Assembly (NCBI GenBank): GCA_001600815.1
Contig: BCKZ01000009.1
Span: 522,194 to 586,193, forward strand
Direction of reading: 5' to 3'
Source: Alloascoidea hylecoeti
Lineage: Eukaryota
Length of the DNA stretch: 64,000 nucleotides
Below are positions 23,883 to 35,582 of this stretch, piece by piece. A program made the position numbers and the translations under genes. Positions within the stretch are counted from its first letter, which is position 1. Each line of letters begins with the position of its first letter. The notes beneath the pieces were generated by a model. The model was not told the origin of the DNA and did not search any database. It saw only the letters and a program-made list of their open reading frames with translations.

Positions 23883-24177
23883 AAGTATAAATCTAATATA
23901 ATGTATCACAAGTAATAAAACTGAGCATGACAATTATCCTTATGTATAAGAGGCAAGATTTTTAAATTATTTTGTGAATACCTACTTTCCATTTTTATTT
24001 TGCCTCCGATTCTTCTTTATAATTTTTACAAACTTGTAATCTTCAACTGTAAGAGTTTGGATATACGCCATTTTTTGTAGATTTTGTGTGATTTTTTGAC
24101 TTGGAATTATGAAGCTTACAACCCTCCATCTTTCTTTTCACACAACACTAAAAAACTTTATTGATAGTGGTAAGAGG

Positions 24178-25215
24178 ATGAGCTCAATAAGTGACAATGA
24201 GACCTCAGGTACACACAGAAAAAAGAACCATTTAAATTCAACAAATTATCGAGATTTATACTCTCAGTCAAACAGAAATAAAGTTGGTGATATACCTATT
24301 CAAGTTCCCTCTACGTCAGTTTTCGATTTAGGTATTGAATTGGCTCTTGTCAAAGAGAAAGCGAAGAAAGATAAAAGCAATCTACAAACAACAAATGGAA
24401 GGAAAATATCATTCAAGAATCAGAATGAATTTAATTCCGGTAAAGACAGAAAGGTATGTATTTATTTTAATAGAACAAATATAATATTTGTTCATATAGG
24501 CCTATGTAAATGATACTAACTATGGTATTACACCTAGAGGAGGAAGACAATAGAAAAAGATGATCCTTACCAAAAATCTAAGGAAGCTCTCAAACGAAAG
24601 GCAAAGCAATATCGAAAACTCGAAAAGAATCACTCTAGGGCAAATCTTGACTCAAACGAAGAAAGCGAAGGTCTCGTAGAGTTTTATCGAAAGAAAAGAC
24701 CAACTTCAGAAGATCAGGAATCCTTCGGCACTGAAAGTGAATTTGAAGAGTCAGATGAGGAAATGGTTGAAATAGTTGATGAATTTGGAAGAACGAGGGT
24801 AGTTAGTAAATCTAAAGTTGCATATTACAAGGGCGAAGAATACTCCAAAGAAAATTCAACACTAGTGGAGAAGCCAGTAGAACTGATCCATGGTGATGTC
24901 ATACAATCCGAATCTTTTGATATCGACAAATTCAAAGAACCTGCCAAAGACATAATTGATAGAGATCACAACCAGGATCTTGAGCAGCATTATGACCCAA
25001 ATTGGGAAATAAGGAATAGAGGAGTCGGTTTCTATGCGTTCAGTCAAAATAAAGAAGAATATATGAAACAGATGGAATCACTACAAAACATCAGAGAGGA
25101 AACAATGGAAGAGTTGAAACGCCCAAAGGAGCTCAGAGACTGTCAGATATCTAGAATAGAACTTCGACGCGCCAAAATATTAAAATTGAGACAAGCTAAC
25201 CTGCTGCATGCATAG
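24178..25215 (+). CDS. CCDC174/DUF4078-family protein; intron 24454-24537
   Basis: Spliced frame joins two track ORFs; SKEALKRKAKQY, VEIVDEFGRTR, HYDPNWEIRNRGVGFYAFS; GTATGT/TACTAAC/TAG intron; start could be 24109. Confidence 0.8.
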
Positions 25216-26600
25216 GAATGATCACGAAGCTTAAGATTGATTCTAGCTAGGAATTCGAAGCTTTTATTTTTAGTAAAGACTCAAGACTCAATTGCAAGAG
25301 TGCCAATAAACTATAAATTAATAGTGAGTGAAAATACATCATTGTTGTTGTCATATGTCCGTTCACCGTTTAATTATGGCAGGCATAATGGATCATATAA
25401 TTATTTGAGTCTTAACTCCTGATCCCTTAATTCTAGCCTACTTTCTATATTTAATTTGGGATTTTGATTTAGATATGACGCCAAGTATTACGTTTTTTTA
25501 ATTCAATATTATGATCAACTACTCTTTAATGGCCAGGAGCTGGCATTCTGAATTAACATATGAATTTAATCAAGACAATTTCAAGACATGATCTGTCAAA
25601 TAGCCTTATAGTGTTGCTATTGAAGTTCCAATCGCAAGTTATATTAAAATGAATCGTAAAGACGTATGATTTATCACAAACATTTTCCATTGAGTGGAAT
25701 TTTTGATTCATAACAGTATTTTCTTCTTTTCTTTTTTCTATTTACACATACAAATATGAGATATAAAATAATATTTCCTATATCAATGTTATTGACAACG
25801 CATTTAATTAACCCATCAGAAGAAACTCAACAATTCTGCAGCTGAATTATGTATTATTATTGTGTTTTTCAATTGTCTCGCGTCAACTGAGACTTTAAAG
25901 GAATAATCTGTAGTTTTAGGTAGCGCTTAAACTGAACGCTATAATATTGAAATATTTTGAGAATAAGTGATGTTGATAGATATATATGTGGTTTTGTGTC
26001 ATATAGGCTTGTAATCACACTCCTGTATTCCACTGTAGTGCTCTATAATAGTCCTAAGAAAGTTGTATCATCTAACACAACAACTTAGGATAACGTAATT
26101 TTATTGGATTGTAGGGTCCTGGAACTGCATGCTATAAATAACTATGTCAATATGTCATATAACTTATAATTAATCTGTACAAAGACTAGATTTTAGAAAT
26201 AAACCTATAAAAACCTGACATATATAATATTATTTAATATACCATCAGAAAACTGTGTAATAGACTACCAAATTACCAATAGCGGTATGACAAAATTTTC
26301 AATTCCAATAATCGAGTTATTGTTAAGCTTAAGCTTTATTGTTTACCACGCAACTTCCTGGCTTAATGCAATACCAAATCTGTACATCTGTTGTAGAAAG
26401 GAATTCTGCATATGCAAACAGAACGCTCTATAGTTATCATATAATTAATTCCTGGTAACACTTGACTTCTTGGTCTTTGCTATAGTATAAGTTTAATATA
26501 TGCTCATGATCATGAATAATATTATTTATATTAATCTATAGGAACATCCACCTATAATTCTATATTAGCTAGTGTAAGTTAACAACCCGTCCACAATGAC

Positions 26601-26842
26601 TTCATATATGCACCATAAGAAACACAAAATCTAAATTTTTTTTTAAAATTTAACAGTTATTTATTGTTCATGTGAAATGTACACATCTTTGTGAGACACA
26701 GGAAAATCCGGTCCTCATTTCTTTAAATTTATAGATTTTAAAAGTCTTTGGTGTCGTTCATTTCACATGAACAATAAATAACTGTTAAATTTTAAAAAAT
26801 GTTTTAGATATAATTATGTTTCTTATGGCGCATACATGTGAA
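26601..26842. mobile_element. Non-coding inverted-repeat (MITE-like/foldback) element
   Basis: 41-bp perfect inverted repeat 26639-26679 / 26759-26799, extending imperfectly to about 80 bp per arm; 79-bp spacer; no ORF; no target-site duplication identified. Confidence 0.55.
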
Positions 26843-27388
26843 CGGTTGGTACTACTGGTAGCACGCGAACAGTTGCTATTCAAATTACCATAAATCTTTG
26901 ATCAATGCATTATGTGTTATAAACGATCTTATAAGTTTAAGATCTCAGAATTACTAAGCTCTGCATATATCTATCTCAATTACAGGCTTCATTGGATAGA
27001 TATCACATACTTTTCATATAACCTTGTAATAAAATTCTCATCTCTATTAACATTAGGTGCGACTATGAATTAAGAAATATCAGATATATTATAGTATACG
27101 CACACAAATGATTCTAAGGCCGTAATTATAGTAAACTACTAATAATCTACTAGCTATACCTATAATAAAGTTGATATCGATCATAAACTGAAGTATAAAA
27201 TAAAAATTGGGAACAGAGAAAATGAAGGTTAAAATTCATGTTAAAGAGTAAGCTTAAGTACCCAAATAAACAAACGTATTATGCTTTTATGAAGGTATAA
27301 TGGACATCTAGCAATTTTAGTTTTAATCACGATCTTATTTGATTTAACAAGTGCATCAATAAATTAATTTTGTGGTATCCATTTCTCC

Positions 27389-28632
27389 CTAACAAGATAA
27401 CTCATCCGAGATTAATATAGGATTATATTCAAATTCAATTCCAGGTTTTGTATCTGACCAATATAGACATTCTCTAGCTGCAATACTAACAACTGAAGCT
27501 ATGGCGATAGCATTCGTAATATCATTGCTACTATCTTGAAATTTAGTTAGAATGGTATATTTGGATATATTATGAAAGAGTGAGGTTTCAGTTACCTGTT
27601 AGATCAAGAGTTGCAAGATTTTGGGTTTCACTGGTGGGATGTGAACAAGTCAAGGATCCTATTCCTATCACATTTTGACAAACTGCAATTCCATAAACAC
27701 TTTTGTTGGGACTATAAATTCCTGTTCTTGTTATTACCCTCAATTTCTTGCTCAACTTTGAAGAACATTGATAAAACATTAATGAGGAATCATCCGAATT
27801 AACTCTTCTTTGGGTATCCAAATTTGTTTCAACATAGAGATAATTATTTAACCTAAATTCTGTAGAGGGATTTTCAGTTGTAGTGACTTTTAAAACTATT
27901 ATCTCGGTATCAGAAAAATATTCCAACCTTACCTGTGCCAAACATAATAAGAGAAAGCCATTTAGTAAAAGATCCTATCGTTTTTAAAACAGCGACGTTT
28001 ATATCATAACCTTTACCTCCTTTTCTTAATATATCTCTTATCTTTGCCCCAAGTAAAACAAGACCTCTAAAATAGCGAACGCCTATGAAGTGTAACCAAT
28101 TATCTGTATTAGTTAACATTTTAGGTATTATCATAATAGGATTTAAGCCCGCTGCAGTAGGATCTTGATTATCAGAAAACAAAAACGAAGGAATATATTC
28201 AAAATCCGGTTTCCAATCGCTAGGTAAACAAGGTACCAACCCTCTAGTTTCAAGCATATAAATCAGTTGAGCAACACGAGAATATAATGGGATTGAAATT
28301 GCCGTTCCATTTCCACGCATTTCCATTTTCATTTCTACTTGTGTCATGTTATTCTTCATATCAAATATGTTACTTTGGGGAATTGGAGGTGATCTTGGTA
28401 TCACATTAACATTGCTTTTACTGTTAGAATTGATCATATTTATTGATTTACTTCTTGAATTAGACTGATCAGGAATAGTAATGCAAGTACTTTGGCCCAC
28501 ATCAGATAAGGTGTCGTGGTAGTGGTCATCACCACTTGACTCCGATTCAGAATCATTACTTCTTACACATTCCTTAAAATTCAATAAAGGAGAAGGATTA
28601 AAGCAAAAACCTCGATTCAAAAAGGATATCAT
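27389..28632 (-). CDS. Uncharacterised fungal protein; proposed exons 28632-27933, 27895-27596, 27534-27389 (381 aa)
   Basis: Two track ORFs plus a third exon join in frame via GT-AG introns; motifs RGLVPCLPSDWKPDF, LGAKIRD, VYGIAV, DITNAIAIA. Confidence 0.55.
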
Positions 28633-28794
28633 TGATGTTCTTTTGATATGAGAGGAGAATATAAAAGAAGGGAAGAAGGATGCATAATTATATTAACCTC
28701 CGCTGATGTTTGGATGTTAAATTATTATAAATCTAACTGTCAAATTATCAGCAACAACAATTAACTGTTTCTGCTTTATCCCTTAACTAGACAG

Positions 28795-30492
28795 ATGTCA
28801 AGGATATTGGATGCCATCAGAGTAGCAAATGCTGCTACTGAAGTAGCATGTAAATCTCTATCCCTTCAGAAGCAATCTCTAGAAAAAATTTACAAGAACA
28901 GTTCGATTCCAAAGTTATTCTTTGGTCCATCTATTTCTGAAGAAGCTTCTAAAATATACTTTTTATCCCAGAATTCAAAAACACCTTCGGCCAACTCTGA
29001 CTCTACTTTTCGTTCTTCGCCTATTAATAATCCTTTGAGTGGTACTACCAAAAGACCAAACCTTGATTCAGAAAAAGCTGTGGATCCCAAAGCGCCAAAA
29101 GCGTACTCGACCAAGATTAATGTTGAAAAAATACCATCAAATGATAAAGATGAGAAAAAGAAGAATAAATTTGAACTAAAAAGTTCAGCAATGCCTTCAT
29201 CTCGAATGTCAAGATTATTTCATTATGGTGCACTAGCCACCGGAGTTGGAGTTGGAGTTGTTGAAGAATCAATAAAACGTCTTGTTAATAATCCATCAGG
29301 TGGTAATTCATTAATTTTCACACCTGGAAATATTGAAAGAATATCAACAAAATTATCAAAAATGAGAGGTGCTGCTTTAAAATTAGGACAAATGTTATCA
29401 TTACAAGATAATAAAGTATTACCAGAAGAGATTCAACAAATCTTACTACGGGTTCAAAATAGTGCACATTATATGCCTACATATCAATTGAATACAATAA
29501 TGAAAAATGAACTTGGTAATAATTGGAGAGAAGAATGTTTTGAATCATTTGATGATGTTCCAATTGCAGCTGCATCTATTGGTCAAGTGCATAATGCTGT
29601 TACAAAAGAAGGTGAGAAAGTTGTTGTAAAAGTTCAATACCCAGGAGTTGCAGATTCAATTGATTCAGATTTAAATAATGTCATGATGTTGTTAACAGCT
29701 TCAAGATTATTACCTAACGGATTATTTTTGGATAAAACTGTTGCTAATGCTCGAGTAGAGTTAAAATGGGAATGTGATTATCTTAGAGAAGCTTCTAACA
29801 TGGAAAAGTTTGCTAAATTATTGGAAAATAATAGTGATACTTTTTCTGTTCCAAAAGTTTATAAGAATATATCAACAAAAAAAGTTTTAACAATGGAACG
29901 AATGGAAGGAATTGAAATTGTTAAAGGTAATTGGGATCAAGAAACAAGAAATCGAATAGCTACAGGAATTATGAAATTATGTTTAGAAGAAATTGCAATT
30001 TATAAATTTATGCAAACAGATCCAAATTGGGCTAATTTCTTATATAATCCAAAAACTAAAAAAATTGAATTACTCGATTTTGGATCAGCTCGTGGATTTG
30101 GAGATGAATTTATTAAAAATTATTTGGGTGTTTTAAGAGCAGCAATTAAAAATGATCGTTTTAAATGTGAAGAATATTCTTTAAAATTAGGTTATTTAAC
30201 TGGATTTGAATCACCAAAAATGTTAAATGCACATGTTGATTCAATTCTTGCACTCGGTGAACCATTTAATATTACAAATAATGGGAAATGTTTTGATTTT
30301 AAGAATCAAACTGTAACTGATAGGGTAAGAGGAAATATTTCAACAATGTTAGAAGAAAGATTGGTACCACCTCCAGAAGAAACTTATAGTCTTCATAGGA
30401 AATTAAGTGGTGCATTTTTGCTTTCTGCTAGATTAGAAGCAGAAATACCTTGTCAAACGTTATTTGAGGATATAGTTGGACTTGAGGATTAA
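28795..30492 (+). CDS. COQ8: UbiB/ABC1 atypical kinase for coenzyme Q synthesis
   Basis: MRGAALKLGQ (KxGQ), AAASIGQVH, VKVQYPGV, MQTDPNWANF, LLDFG. Confidence 0.96.
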   Translation: MSRILDAIRVANAATEVACKSLSLQKQSLEKIYKNSSIPKLFFGPSISEEASKIYFLSQNSKTPSANSDSTFRSSPINNPLSGTTKRPNLDSEKAVDPKAPKAYSTKINVEKIPSNDKDEKKKNKFELKSSAMPSSRMSRLFHYGALATGVGVGVVEESIKRLVNNPSGGNSLIFTPGNIERISTKLSKMRGAALKLGQMLSLQDNKVLPEEIQQILLRVQNSAHYMPTYQLNTIMKNELGNNWREECFESFDDVPIAAASIGQVHNAVTKEGEKVVVKVQYPGVADSIDSDLNNVMMLLTASRLLPNGLFLDKTVANARVELKWECDYLREASNMEKFAKLLENNSDTFSVPKVYKNISTKKVLTMERMEGIEIVKGNWDQETRNRIATGIMKLCLEEIAIYKFMQTDPNWANFLYNPKTKKIELLDFGSARGFGDEFIKNYLGVLRAAIKNDRFKCEEYSLKLGYLTGFESPKMLNAHVDSILALGEPFNITNNGKCFDFKNQTVTDRVRGNISTMLEERLVPPPEETYSLHRKLSGAFLLSARLEAEIPCQTLFEDIVGLED

Positions 30493-30668
30493 TTATTGAA
30501 GACTTGTGATTTCATTAATGTAAATATAAAGAAGAATCTTCAAAAATTATATGATTGTGATACATATATTATATAGTAATAAGATTAAAGAATAATGTAC
30601 ACCAATATTAAAGAAGTATATACAAGCAATCTATTTGAAGTCCATCTATCAGCATGTGTAATAAGAAT

Positions 30669-31966
30669 TTAATCGAATAAAGACTTTGCATCAGGACATG
30701 TATCAAACAATTTTAAATCAAATAATAATTGGTTGGAGTGTATTCTTTTACCTGATTTTAAATGATCAGTAGCTAAATCAGCTAAAGCTTGAATAAATAT
30801 AGGATCACCATTTAAAGATTCAGCTCTTTTTATTTTAAGTGGATCTTTTGCAGGAGCAATGATTTCTAAATCTAATTCATGTAAAGTTTCAATATGATCA
30901 GATGTAAAAGCAATTGGAACAATTACTATACCAGGAACTTTTTCTTGTTCTTGCCATTCAGTTACAGCTTTTTGAGTTTGCATACCTAACCAACGTTTAG
31001 GACCAACTTGAGATTGCCAAGTTAAACGATATGGATTTGAAAATTTCAAGTTTTCCATAACTGCATAAACAGTTGCAGCTACTTCAGCTGGGTATGAATC
31101 TCCTTTATCAATGGTATCCATTGGTAATGAATGAGCAGAAAACATCAAGACAACTTTTTTTCTTACTTCAACAGGGAAGTGTTCCAATGCATCATTGATA
31201 TGTTTAGAAACAGCTTTAACGAGACCTGGGTGAGTTGGCCAACGATCAATTACAGACCATTTGATTGTTTTTTGTGGATCTAATTTCTGAGTTAATCTGA
31301 ACAATTCGTTAATTGATGAACCAGTTGTTGTAGAAGAATATTGGGGATATTGACTGAATGCTACGGCTCTTCCCACACCATCGTCCAACATTTTCTGAAC
31401 AGTTTCCGATGTCAAGGGGTTTGCATATCTAAATCCGACATAAGGTAGATGTGGGGCAGTTTCAGGGCATGTCTTGTCCAAAATTTCACAAACTTTTGTT
31501 GCTTGGTAGGTCGACCATTTTAAGATAGGAGATCCTCCACCGATATCATCATAATGTTTAATAATCATGGGAGATCGTCTGGTGGATATGAATCTTGCCA
31601 ATAAGCCCTGAAATGTACCGAATTGTATCAAATCTGTATCTGACTATAATATTTTTAGTTTTCGATGTGACGTTAGATTGAGAGTAGGACAGAGTGAGCA
31701 ATCAGGACTTACAAAAAGACGATAGAGAAAGTCTTTCACTTCCGGGGTGGTTGAGGGGCCGCCCATGTTCATAAACATGATTCCCTGTAAAACGGTTAGT
31801 TCCACTCATCGCACCAGACAATGGAGGTCCGACATACGGTTGGCTTCCGAGCCGAGGCGGACTGCTGGTGGAGACTCCGCCGGGACAGTGCCGGCCACAC
31901 GGGGCGAGCGCAGGCCGAGACGGCCGAGGGGCGGGCAGTTCTGAGGCAGAAGGCAGAGACAATCAT
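30669..31966 (-). CDS. HEM15: Ferrochelatase; exons 31966-31838, 31784-31713, 31643-30669
   Basis: Spliced: Arg/Ser/Ala-rich presequence, KPT/GIMFMNMGGPS...FLYRLF/SDTDLI, GGGSP, FSAHSLP, WQSQVGP, FTSDHIETL. Confidence 0.96.
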
Positions 31967-32102
31967 TGCTAACTGATGGATCGGTGGAGCCTCAGCAGTC
32001 TCTTATTTCTCCGCAGCTTACCCGGCCGCGCGTGCTCGCAGGCGTGTGGGTGTTGCGATCTCCAAGCACAGTTGTTCCGCTGGCGCAACTCGAAGCCGAC
32101 AG

Positions 32103-34115
32103 ATGACGTTGCCGTTCGTGAACAGTGCCGTGAACCCGTTGGCGTCTGCTCTGGGAGTCCCCCCGTCCGCCCTCAAGCTGGTGCTGTGTCTGCTTCTCTC
32201 CTTCCCGTTCGGCTCCATCCTCAAGAGAATCCCCCAGAAATCCCCCTCCAACATAAAAAAGAAAACGGTGTACATCATCTCCATCACCTCCGTTTATCTT
32301 ATTGGGATATTGGATCTCTACAGCGGTGTTAGAACTCTGCTAATCTCCACCCTGTTCACGTTCTTCATCTCCAAATATTATGTCCGCTCAGACCTGATGC
32401 CATGGATCAACTTCCTATTTGTGCTTGGTCACCTGTTCTTCAACCACATACATGCCCAGTTTTGGGCTGACACTTACAACACAAATGATATCGACATCAC
32501 CGGTGCCCAGATGGTCCTGTGTATGAAGCTATCTTCTTTTGGCTTCAGCAGATACGATGGTAAAGTACTCAAATCTGAAAAACGGAAATATGAGAAATCT
32601 CCTTCATCTTCTACTAAGGAACCGTTTAAAACTACTTCCCTTTCCGCTTTCCAAGTTGAAAGAGCCGTTGAGCAACATCCTTCAATTCTAGAATTCTTAG
32701 CGTATGCCTTCTTTTTTCCAAGCATCTTGACTGGTCCAAGTTTTGACTTCTCTGAATTCCATAAATGGCTCACCGGTAGTATGTTCGATGATCTACCTGC
32801 ATCTCCATCACTAGCAAATATAGCTGGAACTTCAAAACCTAAAATTCCCTCAAAATTAAAAGGCTTGTCCCAAAAGAAGGTTAATAAAATCCCAACAAGT
32901 GGAATTCCTGCTTTTTTCAAAACTGCTCAAGGTCTTGGTTGGATTTTCTTATGGCTAAAATCCCCTTCATATTTCTCTTTAACTTATGCAACTTCTTCTG
33001 CTTGGGCTACTCATAGTTTTTTTTATAAAATTTTCTATCTATGGGCTCTTGGTTTTACTTATCGTCTTAAATATTATGGTGCTTGGTCAATATCAGAAGG
33101 TGCTTGTATTCAATGTGGTATATCATATAATGGAATTGACCCCATAACAAGAAGAATCAAATGGAATAGATTACAAAATATTGATATTTGGGCTTTTGAA
33201 ACTGGTCAAAATTGTCATGTTTGTTTAGAATCTTGGAATCAAAATACAAATAAATGGCTTAAAAATTATGTTTATTTAAGAGTTACTCCAAAAAATAGAA
33301 AACCTGGCTTTAGAAGTACTTTTCTTACTTTTTTCACAAGTGCTGTTTGGCATGGTACAAATCCTGGTTATTATTTAACTTTTGTAACTGGTTCTTTAAT
33401 TCAATCATGTGGAAAATTTTTTAGAAGAAATATTAGACCTATTTTTATGTTAAGTGATGGTGTTACTTCTGGTCCATATAAATTATATTATGATTTAATT
33501 TGTTGGATTGTTACTCAATTAACTTTTGGTTATGCTGTTCAACCTTTTGTAATTTTAAATTTTGGTGAAAGTATTGCATTTTGGAAAACTGTTTATTTTT
33601 ATGTTCATATTGGTATAGCATTTACTTTCTTTTTATTTGTTGGTCCAACTAAAAAAATAGTTACTAATTGGCTTAAATCTTATCATCCTATTAAAGATTC
33701 TAAAACTAAAGAAGCAATTGAAAAATTAACACCATTACAAGAAATTCTACGTGCTAAATTACAATATGAACATGAACAAGGAATTAATGATGATTATGAA
33801 ACAAATCTTGGTATTCCATCTGATTTAACTGAGTTTGATGTACAACAAGTATTACATGAAGTTGAAGAAACAAAAGAACAAATGGAAAAATGGAAAAATG
33901 AAGCTGATGAAGAATCTAAAGTTAAAGAAGCAATTTCAAAATTAGGTGAAGATATTTCAGGGTTTATACCTCCAGAGAAAAGAGATGAATTTAGGAGAAG
34001 ATTTAGTTTATCTGATGATAAAAAACCTGTGCTTAAGAAAAAACAAGATGATTCTGATGATTCTGATGATTCTGATGATTCTGAAGAATCTGATGAAGAT
34101 AAAAAACAAGTATAA
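32103..34115 (+). CDS. ALE1: MBOAT lysophospholipid acyltransferase
   Basis: DITGAQMVLCMKLS, WNQNTNKWLKNYVYLR, SAVWHG (catalytic His); first ATG at 32103. Confidence 0.94.
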   Translation: MTLPFVNSAVNPLASALGVPPSALKLVLCLLLSFPFGSILKRIPQKSPSNIKKKTVYIISITSVYLIGILDLYSGVRTLLISTLFTFFISKYYVRSDLMPWINFLFVLGHLFFNHIHAQFWADTYNTNDIDITGAQMVLCMKLSSFGFSRYDGKVLKSEKRKYEKSPSSSTKEPFKTTSLSAFQVERAVEQHPSILEFLAYAFFFPSILTGPSFDFSEFHKWLTGSMFDDLPASPSLANIAGTSKPKIPSKLKGLSQKKVNKIPTSGIPAFFKTAQGLGWIFLWLKSPSYFSLTYATSSAWATHSFFYKIFYLWALGFTYRLKYYGAWSISEGACIQCGISYNGIDPITRRIKWNRLQNIDIWAFETGQNCHVCLESWNQNTNKWLKNYVYLRVTPKNRKPGFRSTFLTFFTSAVWHGTNPGYYLTFVTGSLIQSCGKFFRRNIRPIFMLSDGVTSGPYKLYYDLICWIVTQLTFGYAVQPFVILNFGESIAFWKTVYFYVHIGIAFTFFLFVGPTKKIVTNWLKSYHPIKDSKTKEAIEKLTPLQEILRAKLQYEHEQGINDDYETNLGIPSDLTEFDVQQVLHEVEETKEQMEKWKNEADEESKVKEAISKLGEDISGFIPPEKRDEFRRRFSLSDDKKPVLKKKQDDSDDSDDSDDSEESDEDKKQV

Positions 34116-34437
34116 TTATATATCATAATTTATATGGATTAAACAAATAATTTCATTCTTTACTATCATTTGTATAGATTTAGTTTTTCATGTGTTTCTC
34201 TATTATATATATTAGTATTGCTAAGAATTTTTCAATTATTATATTCTTTAACATTTTAATTAGAAAAAACAAATAGATTTTATATAATGGTTGGTGTTTA
34301 ATATAAGAATTGAATAATTATAAGTTGATCTGATGTTTAGCAATCAGCTGCAGTTAAGGTTTTCTTCTACAAAGTTCCATTATTCATTTCAACCACAATT
34401 TCAATTTCAATTTCAATTTCAATTGAAAAAAATCAAA

Positions 34438-35364
34438 ATGTCTAGAGTAGAAAGGACTTTACAAAGACTTGAACAACGAATTTCAGAAGGCTCTTATTAT
34501 GAAGCTCATCAGCAAATCCGAACTTTAGCTAATCGACAACGTAAAGCTAAGAATTTTGAAAATGCCACTGATATTATTTATCATGGTGCTCAGAAATTAC
34601 TAGAGGCAAAACAAAATGGTAGTGGATGTGATTTAATTAATTACCTATTAGATGTTTATATAGAAGAACATTCAGAAATTGATAGAGAATCTCGTTCAAG
34701 AATCTCAGCACTTGTTTCATTACTTCCAGATTCTGAACCTGATGTTAAAGATATCGCTCGTAAAGCCATATCGTGGTCAAAACAAGACTCACAGCTTTGT
34801 CATTTATTCGGAACAAAGCTCACTAAGGCTGGTGGTTCCAACTTTTATATAGGAGAAAGATATTTACTAGAAGGAACAGGTGAATCTGCTACTGTTTTGG
34901 CTACTCAATTATTTGAATGGTCAACACAAGATCCTGATCCAACTACTGCCCCATTTTACTTATCAAGAGCTATTTTTGGTTATTTACTCCTTCAAAATAT
35001 TCAATCTGCTTATAAATCTTTATCAGTATTTCTTAAATTATTACAACAACATAATCCTGATTTTTTTAAAGATTCGGTTGAAATAACTAATTCAGATATA
35101 ATTATCACTACTTCATTACCATTATTAAATTATTTACAACTTTTAATCCCAACATGTCAACGAAAAGCTCCTGATATGTTTAATAGATTAAATAATAGAT
35201 ATGAATCATCATGGAAATTAAATCCAAAATTATCAAATAGTTTTCAACAAATTTTGGTTCATATTGGTGCTATTTATTTTGGATTTCAAATTAAAAGAGA
35301 AGCTAATATGCTTCAAGATTTAATGGGTAGTTTGTTTGCTGCACCACCAACTACTACTTCTTGA
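34438..35364 (+). CDS. GET4: GET pathway component Get4
   Basis: YYEAHQQIRTLANR, C-terminal NMLQDLMGSLF; ATG at 34438 follows a (CAATTT)n leader. Confidence 0.92.
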   Translation: MSRVERTLQRLEQRISEGSYYEAHQQIRTLANRQRKAKNFENATDIIYHGAQKLLEAKQNGSGCDLINYLLDVYIEEHSEIDRESRSRISALVSLLPDSEPDVKDIARKAISWSKQDSQLCHLFGTKLTKAGGSNFYIGERYLLEGTGESATVLATQLFEWSTQDPDPTTAPFYLSRAIFGYLLLQNIQSAYKSLSVFLKLLQQHNPDFFKDSVEITNSDIIITTSLPLLNYLQLLIPTCQRKAPDMFNRLNNRYESSWKLNPKLSNSFQQILVHIGAIYFGFQIKREANMLQDLMGSLFAAPPTTTS

Positions 35365-35582
35365 TAGTTATGAATAAGTTAATTTTAAATATTGACAATT
35401 AATTGTTAATTATATTTACCTGTGTTTATAGCTTAATCTTAGTAGAATTATTTGTTGTTGTTGTTGTCACAAAAGATACAACCTTCCAGACTCTTCTCTA
35501 GTAAAATATAGCCCTCGTTATTTCAATAGTGATGAACTCCTGTCTAAAGTATGATACTAATTACAACAGATATAGTACTAAT

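Noticed and set aside
31702..32332. Several overlapping ORFs in the GC peak
   Set aside because: By-products of high GC; the region is explained by HEM15 exons and ALE1
34047..34085. (GATGATTCT)n repeat
   Set aside because: Low-complexity acidic tail of Ale1; ordinary
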